The notes beneath the pieces were generated by a model that was not told the origin of the DNA, ran no database searches, and saw only the letters and a program-made list of their open reading frames with translations. Made by a program: the position numbers and the translations under genes. A stretch of DNA of 63,263 nt, filler included, from Olpidium bornovanus S191 (lineage: Eukaryota > Fungi > Olpidiomycota): the NCBI GenBank assembly GCA_017911155.1. It is 31 parts of 31 records of this genome, joined end to end, with 100 filler letters (N's around TTAATTAATTAA, not from the genome) between each part and the next. Parts side by side here need not be neighbours in the genome. Positions count along the whole stretch, not along the records: positions 10,482 to 12,964 come from JAEFCI010005748.1; positions 13,065 to 14,443 come from JAEFCI010000891.1; positions 14,544 to 15,801 come from JAEFCI010007086.1; positions 15,902 to 18,088 come from JAEFCI010003731.1; positions 18,189 to 20,310 come from JAEFCI010000905.1; positions 20,411 to 21,893 come from JAEFCI010010260.1; positions 21,994 to 26,362 come from JAEFCI010007288.1; 24 more parts are not named here. One strand, 5' to 3'. This document shows positions 10,975-22,149 of this stretch, in pieces. The stretch's first letter is position 1. The number at the start of each line of letters is the position of its first letter.

Positions 10975-12324
10975 ACAAGAGAAGGGTGGCGGTTGTGGGT
11001 AGCCGAGTTCTAAAACAGGCTTGAGAAAGGGGGGGATTGGGTGGATACCTAAAGCGTCGAATGTACGAAGTGCGCTGCCCCGCCTGCTCGGGGTTTTTAG
11101 GCAAAATTTGGTCATTCGGCGCGGTTGATCCGAGTCCTGGCGGTGTGTTCCCGCAACCGCCGACGAACACGTTGTGATGTCGCTTTCTACCCGGCTGGTG
11201 ATCCTGAGCGTGACAATTTCCACACCATGTCGACTTCTGTACTTGACTTTGGACCTGTGCCCAGAATCCGCCGCGTAGTGTGTGTTGATAGTGGCGGCAC
11301 TGACGTTGTGACGTTGATGACATTGTAGTGCAGATCCACATCGACATCTTGTTGACAACTTCAACGAGAAGTCCCGTAGCTTAATGACTTTGTGATGCGA
11401 TGCACCGCGACATCACATCTGAGACGTTAACCTGCACATCTTTTTGCAACGTCACATGGTAAGATGTTGCCGCAGCACGGTGGGCGAGATGTCATCCCAT
11501 GACTTCCTGCTGACATCGTGCTGCATTACAAGCATTACGTCAGCTGCATTACGAGGATGATGTCTCTCAGTGTTTCTGTGGCAATGTTGTGAGATTCCGA
11601 CTTATGATTCCCACCTGGACATTGCGCGTGATGTTGCGTGACTTCACAATGCGCAGTCGGGACACTCCTCGAGGCACAGTACGTCGCGATTATATCGAGG
11701 GGAAGCGGGTGTGTTATAGAGAAAAAAAAGTACACCACGGGTCACGTGATCAAACTTGCCACTTGTGCTTGGAAGGCTCTCCGCACAAAAACAAAGACAG
11801 AACACTAACAGCCCCCCGAAACACCAACGCCCATCGTTCGCCGGTGCGTTCATTCGGCTTCCCAGGAAGCGTCTCCGTGCTTTGCTGCGTTCCAAACACC
11901 GACGTGGCGCTCGCCGTCGTCGCACGTCAAACGGGACGGATCTCGCCGCGCGTGACTCGTGTTTCGCTCCGCGGGGAGTGGACGGCGCGAGGGTTGTCTG
12001 GGGCGACGCCGCACACGAGACGGACACGCGCCGACCGCGCCGAAAATTGAATGCATCGCTAGTTATCAAGCAACCCTCCGCTCGTTTTGCCGACAGAGCA
12101 GTCTTGTCGGTGTTTTGCCTGAAGTAAGCGTCGATTTCTTGCCGCGTTTGGCTCATCTTGCTGCTGGTTGAAACCCAAGCAAAAGCGGACTACCGTCTGC
12201 CTGGAGATTGCCCGTTTTGACTAACTTATTGCGTCCTAACCAGCGTTTTTTCCCACTCGGGAGGCTCATATTCATATCTGTTTTGTACCCGAAGTAGTCG
12301 CGCGTTCGGGACTTATCCGGCATC

Positions 12325-12964
12325 ATGACTTCGCCGTTTTCGTTCGCTTCGAAGCAAGCTCTTCAATCTCAGCAGGTGCAGCCGGGAGGTGATCGAAACT
12401 GGCGACCGCCACCACAACCGTTGTTCGGCGGCGGAGCAACCGGAAACACCGCCGCGGACTCAGCAACAGGGATCTCCTTCGCACTCCCGCCACCGTCGGA
12501 GCATGCAACGCCCCTCAGCTTTGCGGCCGCCGGCCGTGGGCGGCCGCTGGGCAAACTTTCCTTTACAGATGCTGCGATTTCGCAGCCGCAGCAACTGCCA
12601 GACAATGTACAGGACGTGCGGCCGTCAAGGAAAGGTCCGAGTCTGGCAGGGGTCCTCAGTCCGAACGGCTGCATTGCTCTTTGCCGCTGCGCCCCTGCAG
12701 TGCAACGGAATGTGAGGGGCAAGTTCCGAGACCGCGGACCATTGGTTGTGACGTTGGCGCTGTTCCTGATCGAAGGCCGGTGGTTGTTGTTGTTCGCCAT
12801 TCATTATCACGTTTTCCAGCAGGACACTGCAGCAGGTATGCCAAAGGCTGAAGACGGAAAGGTAGAAATCACCAGGTTGGCGCCTCCAGTCAGTGCTCAG
12901 CGGCGCCAGGTATGTTGCAGCTTGCCGGAATCGTTTTGTAGAACCAAGCAGCCAAGCCGGCATG
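12325..12964 (+). CDS. Hypothetical protein N-terminus (P/Q/G/F-rich, a few FG/FS motifs), partial
   Basis: ATG-initiated ORF MTSPFSFASKQALQSQQVQPGG...PQPLFGGG; probably spliced after about 12635; no family recognised. Confidence 0.3.
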
Positions 12965-13162
12965 NNNNNNNNNNNNNNNNNNNNNNNNNNNNNNNNNNNN
13001 NNNNNNNNTTAATTAATTAANNNNNNNNNNNNNNNNNNNNNNNNNNNNNNNNNNNNNNNNNNNNAGACACATCGAGTGTGAACGAAATCAAGCGATAGGA
13101 ATAAAACATCACGGGGAGCGTATTTCCTTACCTTAAAGAGATGATGTTGAGCTGATTACACA

Positions 13163-13507
13163 TCAGGAGCTATTAGAGAACATGCCATTCCCCACCATGG
13201 GGCAGATCACAAGCGCTGCGGCGGCGAGGACGACTAGACAGATTATCAGCAGGCACCACTTTCTGTGCTTGCGGACGGCGCCCTGTCAATCTGGGCCGCC
13301 GCATGAGTTACGTGGGCATCTGTCGTGTCCACGTGTTTCTCGACGCTCAGGACCATCTCGTTGTGTGCCTGAACTAGCGTCACAACCTCTTCGCACATCC
13401 GTGCCAGTTCCGCAATCGCGCATTTTAACTTCACCATTCTCTGTTGCCGCGAGCGCACCTCATCCAGCGTGCGCGACGCGTCGTTGTAACGTTGGGGAGG
13501 TTATTAG
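13163..13507 (-). pseudogene. Plasma-membrane syntaxin (Sso1-like) SNARE motif plus TM anchor, separated by a frameshift
   Basis: DASRTLDEVRSRQQRMVKLKCAIAELARMCEEVVTLVQAHNEMVLSVEKHVDTTDAHVTHAAAQIDRA is a Qa-SNARE motif. The TM tail AVRKHRKWCLLIICLVVLAAAALVICPMVG is in another frame (shift near 13280). Pseudogene or sequence error. Confidence 0.65.
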
Positions 13508-14749
13508 CTGGCCCGACAAAATCAGGGAGACAAAAGATGGGAAACGACAATGAACGAATTGGTCGGTTTAGACGGAAAAGCGCTCGGCAGCGCGAAGCAG
13601 ATCACAGGGGTTCATAAAGTCCGATTTCCTGGTTTTGCCGTGGACAGGTTCTTTGACGGTGCGGTCAATTTTCTCTTTCTTGTTTATTTGGTCCCGGCCC
13701 CGCCCCACAAACCCCTCACCCTCTCCCCGACCGGCGGTTGCCCGCGTGACTTGAAAATAATCAAACTAAAAAAAAACTAAAACAGGATTGAAACCCCGCG
13801 AATTGGAACCCCGGACGTGTCATTCGACAACCCCGTTCGTGACTTTTTTTTTCATTCCTGTTCTCGTTCTCCTCCCCTTCTCTTCCGCCCCATATCTTCG
13901 CGCGCGAACCGTTTCGCAAGGCACGCGTCCCTGCCCGCGGTGGCCTCTTACGCCTGAACCTGCGCCGGCCAAAGGGGATAGAACAAAGTTGCGCTTTGTC
14001 GAGAGACGGGAACGGGGGATCTTCGCCTTGCAAATTTTTTTTAAAGTCAGGTGCAGATTGCTCTGGCACAGCTTTGCCCCTATTCCCCCCCGCTAATTCC
14101 CACCCCCCTATCGCGGTTTCTCGTTCTGGTCGCGCGTTCTTGTCTTAGTCCGCTTCCGCTGATTACGAACGCCTCAAGAAAACTTCATCCGTCGCCAAAC
14201 CCTTCCCCCCCACACCCCCCCCCTTTCCTCGCCCCTAACGAAGGGAATCCGAACGTTTAACGTTGAAGAGTTGCATTCTCCTGCGACAGGAATTGTCGCA
14301 ATCCGGAATTGTCGGTGGCGGCGTTCAGATTGCGCGGAGCCGGTGCAACAGTGCATAGAATAAACTGCAACAGTTTGGAGGTGAGGTCCCAACGCTGGCT
14401 GTCGGCCTTCCGTTTCCATCTTGGGTTTAAATCAAGGCGCATGNNNNNNNNNNNNNNNNNNNNNNNNNNNNNNNNNNNNNNNNNNNNTTAATTAATTAAN
14501 NNNNNNNNNNNNNNNNNNNNNNNNNNNNNNNNNNNNNNNNNNNCATGGGGCGTCAGGGGAAGGCGCTTACGGCGAATGTGGGGGTTGTTGGGGTGACAAG
14601 CACGCGCGGGCTCGGGTGGGTTGGTGTGGTGGGCAGGATCGGCGGCCGCATCGCGCGCACTGATTGATGGGCGCGGCAATTTGGGGGAAGCCCCGGGGCG
14701 GGCGCCGGGGAGGACGGGTGAGGCGCCCCTCTGCTGCGGGCGCCAATCT

Positions 14750-14831
14750 CATCTTTCTCTTTTCCCCGCTCTCTCCTTTTGCTGTCTCTCTCTCTCTTCT
14801 CTCTCTCTATCTCTCTCTTTCGCTCTCTCTC

Positions 14832-14867
<36 letters not shown>

Positions 14868-14878
14868 GCTCGCTCGCA
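14750..14878. repeat. (CT)n-rich microsatellite
   Basis: Visible CT run upstream of the ORF at 14984. Confidence 0.9.
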
Positions 14879-14983
14879 GGCACCTGACCGTGCGCGTCGC
14901 ACGCCGAGAGATCGGATTCTTTCGTCCTCGAGCTGCTCCGCCCCCTCTCCGTTTCCTCCCGCAAGCTGCTCCGGACCCCGACC

Positions 14984-15251
14984 ATGCGCCGCAGCTCTGC
15001 ACGCCGCAGAAATCAGCGAATCCGCCCAAACCCGTCACACGCTTCCGCCGGCCGCATCGCCGCGCTGGCGGCAGTCGTCGCCCTCCTGATCCTCGCGGCG
15101 GGCAGCGCGGCGTCCGCCCCGGAGGCAGCGGCCGCAAATCCCGCGGATACGCAAACACCGTCGACCGGCGACTCTGCTTCGACCGGCCCGGAGGCGACCG
15201 CGGCGCCAGCGACGGCCACGCCGGCGGCGCCCCCGTCCCCCTTGCCTCTCA

Positions 15252-15282
<31 letters not shown>

Positions 15283-15586
15283 CGCCGTAAACCCCGCCGC
15301 GGCCTCGCCGGCCGCCTCGCAAAATAACGGCGGCGGCAGCAGCCAAACCTTAAACTCCGCCCCGGCGTATGCCATGTCGGAGGCCACGGCGGATCCGCAA
15401 GGAAGGGCCTACCCTGCCCTGGCGTCGGCAAGCATCGCGCCGCCCTACGGGCAATCGGCCGCGGCTCGCGTTCTTCCCGCCCTAACGGATCTACTGGGTT
15501 CGTCGGTGGGACAAGCTTGGCACGCCGCCGCCGCCGCCGCTGCCGTGGGAATAATCAACCGCCTGACCCTCCAGCTCGTCTCTTGA
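14984..15586 (+). CDS. Putative secreted or GPI-anchored Ser/Thr/Pro/Ala-rich surface protein
   Basis: N-terminal hydrophobic IAALAAVVALLILAAGSAASA, S/T/P/A-rich body, then QSAAAR (omega-site-like) and hydrophobic tail WHAAAAAAAVGIINRLTLQLVS*. Confidence 0.45.
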
Positions 15587-16835
15587 CGTGCCGCTGTTGC
15601 AGTTACTTGGAGCGGTGGGTTGATCAGACGCCTCGAGCATCAGATTCTAGACTTCGACCTACCATAGGATTTAGCGTTCGCATGGCGGCGGTTGGGCTTG
15701 TGTGATCTCGAAAGTGCGAAGAAAAAGCTTTCTGCCCCGCGCCCGGGACCTTAAAATTTATTTGACGTCGTGTTCCGGTTTTTGAGCGGCAGAAAGCGCG
15801 ANNNNNNNNNNNNNNNNNNNNNNNNNNNNNNNNNNNNNNNNNNNNTTAATTAATTAANNNNNNNNNNNNNNNNNNNNNNNNNNNNNNNNNNNNNNNNNNN
15901 NCCGTCTGGGCTCATATGAACAAGGCGGGCAATTTATAAAAAGTCTTCTGCAAAGGTGTTGTTGACGGGGCCTGATGCGTGCAGTGCGTCTCCGCGGCTC
16001 GTTTTTTCTTTCAGACGTCATGCGCATTCCGCCGTCCCCCCTCCCGCCCGCCCCCGCCCCCGCGCCCGCCGTCCTCCTCCCCCGCGGCCAGACAAAACAA
16101 ATAGAAAATATTAACGGCGGGGGACCCCGCGGCCGCCGACCGTCCGCGCTCCACGTCAGCAAACTGGGAAGCAAAAGAAGAAGAAGTAGAAAAGAAAACG
16201 GGCGCTATGGATATGTGAGAGCCCTCAAACATCCCCAGAGAGGGGCGGGCGAAAAAAGCCGTCGCGGGCCAGATCAGCCCGTCGCTCCGACGTCTTTGCT
16301 CGCGGGAATCTGCCGCGGTCGAACACGCGCCCCTTCCTCCCCTTCGCCTCCAATCACGGGGTCTGGACGGCCTCTTCATGGCCGCCCGTCGGGGTGATCC
16401 ACGGGACTTCCTTCGCAATGGCGCGCGTTAACGCTTGGGACGCAGCGTTGATTAGTGCCAACACCCTCGATAACTGTGGAGGGGAGGGCGAGGGGTGAGG
16501 GGGGAGGGGGGGGGGGGGGGGGGAGGGGGGGGGGGGGGGGGGGGGGGGAAGTGGGGAGGATGGGGGGGGTGCGTGGACAAGAACCCCGCTCGGGACCCCC
16601 TTTTGGGTCCAAAACGCTCGAGTGATACGGGTTCGCGATCTACAGCATAATCAGTCCGGCCGCGACCGCGGTGCAGGAAGAATGTTCAGGCGGAGCTCGG
16701 GCACATAATTAGCGTTTTTGCTTGAGCTGATCGGCGCGCGGTGCCCGAATCGCGGGCGGACGGTCTCGTGGTATGCTTTTTGCCCGTGAATGCCGCGGGC
16801 CAGAGGGGGTTTTCCTTTTTTAATTCTTTTTGGTA

Positions 16836-18088
16836 TCAGCCGTGTAGTGCGGGGCTCGAGACTGACGCTGGGGATTTGGCGGTGTTCGCCGACGGTTTTG
16901 CCGCGGTGTCTATCGTGAGCAGACTGTTTTTTGGCCTGGCTCCTGTTTCCTCTTGAATTCTGATATCCCCCCATGCGAGTCGATTATTCCGCAGTGTTTC
17001 CATCGGTTCGCCTATGTTGGCAAAAATATCGAAGTTTTCGTATAAAGGTATCTATGTGGGCCAAAATGGGCGGGAAACCAATTCCAAGGTGAGATTTTCC
17101 GGTCCACCGGCACGTTCGGATACGGAGGGGTGGGGGAGGCTTTCTCGGAAAGGACTCCGTTTGATAACGGTGCTTACGCAAATAAAGTCAATGAAACCGA
17201 TTTGGTTTGCGGTAAGGTTGAAACTGTGTCGGTCCATGAACGGCGACACTTTCAGGTGTAGCTCCTGTTCTCGATCACCTTGGTTAAGGAACTTCGCTCG
17301 CCGGGAATCAGCTTTTCTGGCTGTTTTTGTATTCGTTACTCCCGTGTCCGCTATGTCTGGGCCCACGTACCTCCTGGATTACTCTATTTGTCCACGTTAG
17401 ATACAGTGACCATTCCTTTGACGGATTGCTGACATCGCCGCACTTCATGATCATTTTCCAACACAGGGCGGAATCCTCGCGGACACTCTCCGGATTATAA
17501 CTTGCAGCAACCGACACCTTGTTCTTGAACGAGGACACGACCGAAAAATGCTGCGTCAGATCAGTGGCCAAAACGAGGTCGATCACGAGCTCTCGGAATG
17601 ACGCGTAATCCGTGCGGTTCATGTGAGATAGGAAATTGCATTTGTCCTGCTGGAGGATGGCGAAAGCCGTCGCCACGTGATGGTTTTCCAGGACTGACCG
17701 GTCGTTGTAAAGCAACGCTTTCGGGTCGCTCGAGTTTACAAGGAAGGTGTTGTTGACGCCGCCGTGGTCGAGGTCATGCACTATCGCGGCAAAATAAAGA
17801 GCGAGCAGATCGAGATCCGTCGCGAATCGCGCCACGCTTTGCAAACTAGCCAAGCGCGAAACCGCGTGCAGCACGTCCGCCGCATGTACCGCGTTGTGAT
17901 CTGAAGGGACGGCGCCGTTAGCTGCGAACATCTTTTTTTATTTTTCATTTTCCATCGTGGGGTCTTACATGGCAGAGTGCTTCTGTATCCGTTTTCGACC
18001 GTGACGAAAAACCTCGCAAGTTTTTCGGGCGGGATCGAGAAGCGCGGGCCGAACTTTTGTTTTTCGAAGAGGTAATGAGCGAGGACGC
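16836..18088 (-). CDS. Class I (HD-type) 3',5'-cyclic nucleotide phosphodiesterase, catalytic domain and C-terminus
   Basis: Spliced YRSTLPY|HNAVHAADV, HDLDHGGVNNTFL, YNDRSVLENHHVA, LATDLTQH, KCGDVSNPSK, EFLNQGDREQEL.KVSPFMDR and QIGFIDFIC: all PDEase_I signature motifs. Confidence 0.97.
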
Positions 18089-18269
18089 NNNNNNNNNNNN
18101 NNNNNNNNNNNNNNNNNNNNNNNNNNNNNNNNTTAATTAATTAANNNNNNNNNNNNNNNNNNNNNNNNNNNNNNNNNNNNNNNNNNNNCATGAAGGCGAA
18201 TTAAGGCGGGCCGGGCTTACAGTAAAGTAGATTGAATTTAACCGAAATATCCGGGTGCCACCAAACGCT

Positions 18270-19059
18270 CGCCTACTTTCGCAAAGGATTCCAGCGAATT
18301 TTTCGCCGAAGCGCCAAACAGAGGTTTCTGCGGAGTAGCAGTGGGTGCAAAATTTCCGCTTCCGGTGGCCGTCCGCCCGGGCAGATAGCATAGACTGGTG
18401 GTAACCTTGATGCTTGTACGCATTCTCGAACCATTCCAGGGGAGCCATAGTAAGCTGATTGAGAATTTTCGCGAGGCTCCTCTCAGTTGCATCGCAAGAA
18501 GGAGGTGGTGGTTTCGTAATTTCCACCGTTTGCTGCCGGGTGTTCGGGACGCCAAGTTTTTAGCGCAACGCCGCACTACCTTCCGCCTCGGGGTTCATTT
18601 GAAACCTCGTTGTCGGCAACTCACCCGGCCTTCTTCCTCTTCCTCCCCGTCATCTGCCGCCGTGGAACGCGCCTTTCTAGAGACAAACACGGGCTCCGCG
18701 TCGCCGTCGCTCAGAGGCTCGAGATAATCAGATACGTCGTCTTCAGGGTCCGGCACACGGGGTTTGCGTGTGCGTCTCCTCCTCCTGCCCCTGACGGGTC
18801 GCTCCTTCCCAGAGCTGCTTTCGGAGTCTGTCTCCTGCGCGCGCCAGAACACGACTGGGGTGCGCCTCGGCCGCAAACGACGCGCATCGGCGCGTGCCCT
18901 CTCGGCCTCGTCCGGCCCCTTCTTCCACTGCACCGCATTCTCCCGCGCGCTGCCGTTGCCGTAGACGCGCGTCCCGTTCCCTCCGGCCATCTGCTTCTCC
19001 GGAACACGGCGGGCAACGGGAAAAGGGAAAGGAGCTAAGCCTCGCGGGAAGCGGTGCAC
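18270..19059 (-). CDS. GATA-type zinc-finger protein, partial
   Basis: RKRKFCTHCYSAETSVWRFGEKFAGILCE gives CX2C-X18-C; the last Cys is presumably in the next exon. An upstream basic/acidic exon joins in frame via an intron at about 18533-18623. Start uncertain. Confidence 0.7.
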
Positions 19060-19139
19060 AGCTCACGGAGGCCCCACGTGACTGAACTGTCACGTGATTG
19101 ACCCTGCGTCACTCGGCAGCAGGCCATGCGATGCTTCAT

Positions 19140-19612
19140 TTACACACGCTCTCTTTTACTCTCTCACTGCCATCACATTCTCTCTCACTCTCTCTCGCTC
19201 TATCTCTATCTCTATCCCCTTTTGTCACTCTTTTTCGTTCTCAATTTTCTCGTTCTCTTTCTCTCTTTGTCTTTCTCTCCCTCCCCCCCTCTCTCTCTCC
19301 CTTTCTCCCTCCCTCTGTCTCTCCCTCTCTCTCTCCCTCACACACACTCTCTCTATCTCTCTCTCTCTTTTTCTCTCACTCTCTCTCACTTTTTCCATCT
19401 CTCTCTTTCTGTCTCATCCTTTCTCTCTCATTTTTTCTCACTCTTTCTCCTTCTCTGTCTCCCTCCCCCTCTCTCTTCCTCACACACACACTCTCTATCT
19501 CTCTCTCTCGTTTTCTCTCACTCTCTCTCACTTTCTCCATCTCTCTCTTTCTGTCTCATTCTTTCTCTCTCTCATTCTTTCTCACTCTTTCTCCCTCCCT
19601 CTCTCCTTTCCT
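19140..19612. repeat. CT-rich cryptic microsatellite containing an approximately 143-bp tandem duplication
   Basis: Unit beginning ctcacacacactctctctatctct... at about 19338 and again at about 19480. Confidence 0.85.
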
Positions 19613-20791
19613 CAAGTTGAGGCAACGAGAGATGGCGCGGTATTTCGGTTTTCCGCCGCTTGAGCCGGGCGAGGTGCGCCCTCGTTGAGGATGACGTTGA
19701 TAACACTGTCGGCAAACACCGGCGGCGACCGGAGGAAGAGGGATGGGAAGACGTAATGACCTTTCCGCCGAGGTCCCCATCATCATGGAGGGCGATTAGC
19801 ACAGTGCGACTGCCCCGGACGGCGGTGCACCGCTGCTAAAGCTCTGCCCGTTTGATTTCACGTGCTGGAAATTCGTCATCCAACGGAAGACGACCGAAAG
19901 CGCACGAGAAAAGCGGCTAGGCCCAAAAAGAGCGCTGTCGATTCAGATTATGGTTTTTGGCAGGTTGGGTGGGGAGCACGAAGAAGCGCGTGTGCCCGTG
20001 GGCCTGATGGTGATGGCTTTCCCGAGCTGCTCCGTCCGGCCCCGTCTCCGTTGTAGGCTTGTAGGTAGGTGTACTGTGGAGAGTCGGGTCAGGCTCAAGA
20101 CTCGCGGTAAGGTCCATGGGTAAAGAGGTCGCGGTAAAGGAGCGTTGATATCAAGTCGGAGAGATATTACTCTCAAGGTAAAGTACTCAAAAAGTAACAA
20201 AGTGCAAGCCAGGAAAGTTCTATGGAAGTGTGTCGAGCTACGGGACGGAGGAGACGCTATTTATGCCCGTCGACGTCGAGCAGAAGGCAAGTCGACGGCA
20301 AAGCCGTTCCNNNNNNNNNNNNNNNNNNNNNNNNNNNNNNNNNNNNNNNNNNNNTTAATTAATTAANNNNNNNNNNNNNNNNNNNNNNNNNNNNNNNNNN
20401 NNNNNNNNNNCCCCCCCCCCCCCCCCCCCCCCCTTCCCCTTCCCCCGCTCCCCGCACCGGCCACCGCCCAACGGTTCGACCCCCCGCCGGACCGTCGCAA
20501 CCATGCCGGCGTCGCGTGCCGCTTCGAGACCCGGCGCGCCGCGCTCTTCCGCGAAGGCCGGCCCCGCCTCGTCCGCCGCTGCCCCGACCCCCTCGCGGCC
20601 CAAACCCTCCGCGAGCCGGCCCAGGAAAACCGGCGAACACGATCACCCTGGTGAGCCGAGTCGCGCCGCAGCCGCCTCGCCTGTTCGGAGAGAGATCCCC
20701 GCCGTATAACCAAATTTCCTCGGAGAGGGGGCCCGCCCCCCCCCCCCCCCCCCTTTCTCTCCCCTTCCCAGCGCCTTCACCCGCTTTTTCC

Positions 20792-21786
20792 ATGGCCACC
20801 GGTCGCGTCGGTCACCGTGCGAAGGCGTCAACCTTTCCGCACTTCTTCCCACCCCTTCTCCCCCTCCCCCCCTCCCCTCCCCGTTTCCCGGAACGAGTTT
20901 TTTCTGTTGTCCCATGTTTTGCCCTGCCGGGGAGGGATCTGTCGGCGCGTCTCCTGTTGTGCTCGCGAAGTAGGCCGAGAACAAGCGAGAAAGGGGGGGG
21001 GGGGGGTTGTCCTGTGGTCCCCCCCCCCCCCCCCCCCGCCTTCCCCCCCGGCTGATCCGTAAACGCTTCGAGTCCCCCCGGTGGCACCAATCCGAGGCGC
21101 GTTGGTTTCTCGTTTTCTGACGTCTCCCGACGCGCCATATCTTTGCCCTATCCCAGCCTTCAAGGACATGATCAAGACTGCCATCGTCACTCTGAAGGAA
21201 CGCGCCGGATCTTCTCGGCAGGCGATCAAGAAGTACATCACCTCGAATTACAAAATTGGAGACAACGCGGCCACCCAGATCAACCTCGCTCTCAAGAAAG
21301 GGGTGGCGGTGGGTCACCGCGGTTAAATTTCGTCGAGTTATCACCGTTTTTCGCCGTTCTTATTTGGCGTGTTCCTTCCCTCGTTTTTCCCTGCAATTTC
21401 TACGTCCGGAACAGGACAACACCTTTTTGCAACCCAAGGGACCATCAGGCCCTGTAAAGCTGGCGAAGAAAGCAACGAAGGTCGAAACCAATCCGAAGAC
21501 TTCGGTCAAGTCTACCAAGGCCAAGCCCGCCTCAAAGGCGAAGAAACCCACCGCCGCGAGGAAACCCGCCTCCAAAAAGCCGAAGGTTGCCAAAAAGCCT
21601 GCCGCCAAGAAGCCCGTCTCGAAGAAGCCTGCCGCCAAGAAGCCTGCCGCCAAGAAGCCTGCCACCAAGAAGCCTACCGCCAAGAAGCCTGCCACCAAGA
21701 AGCCTGCCGCCAAGACGACTGTTGCCAAGAAGCGTGTCGCAAAGAAGGTCGCCGCGGTTAAGAAGGTTATCAAATCAAAGTTGTAA
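20792..21786 (+). CDS. HHO1: Linker histone H1
   Basis: Globular domain [34 protein letters not shown]...INLALKKGV|..[15 protein letters not shown] and a Lys/Ala/Pro tail ending TAA 21784-21786. A 10-nt first exon ATGGCCACCG is inferred, not proven. Confidence 0.95.
21592..21712 (+). repeat. 15-bp coding tandem repeat (KKPAA) in histone H1 tail
   Basis: AAGAAGCCTGCC(G/A)CC repeated about 8 times. Confidence 0.9.
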
Positions 21787-22149
21787 TTTCCTTTCCCCCC
21801 CTTCCCCCTCTCTTGGAACGTCCTCCCGACTTCCTTGAATTTCCTGATAGCGGACAGATTGTGACCCCCGCCTTCGCATGCTTCGACGGCGGGNNNNNNN
21901 NNNNNNNNNNNNNNNNNNNNNNNNNNNNNNNNNNNNNTTAATTAATTAANNNNNNNNNNNNNNNNNNNNNNNNNNNNNNNNNNNNNNNNNNNNCCATGAA
22001 CTCGCGGAAGAATCGGCTTACGAAGTACAACGGATCCTCGCATACCAAAACACAAAGGGAGGGAACCTCAAGCTCAAGGTACAATGGAAAGATGAGACCA
22101 TTCCACCGAGCTGGGAAGAACCATCCTCGCATACCAGAAATGGCAAGAT

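Noticed and set aside
19556-19860. Second zinc finger for the GATA gene (VCRQCYQRH)
   Set aside because: No in-frame upstream CxxC with correct spacing; stops intervene.
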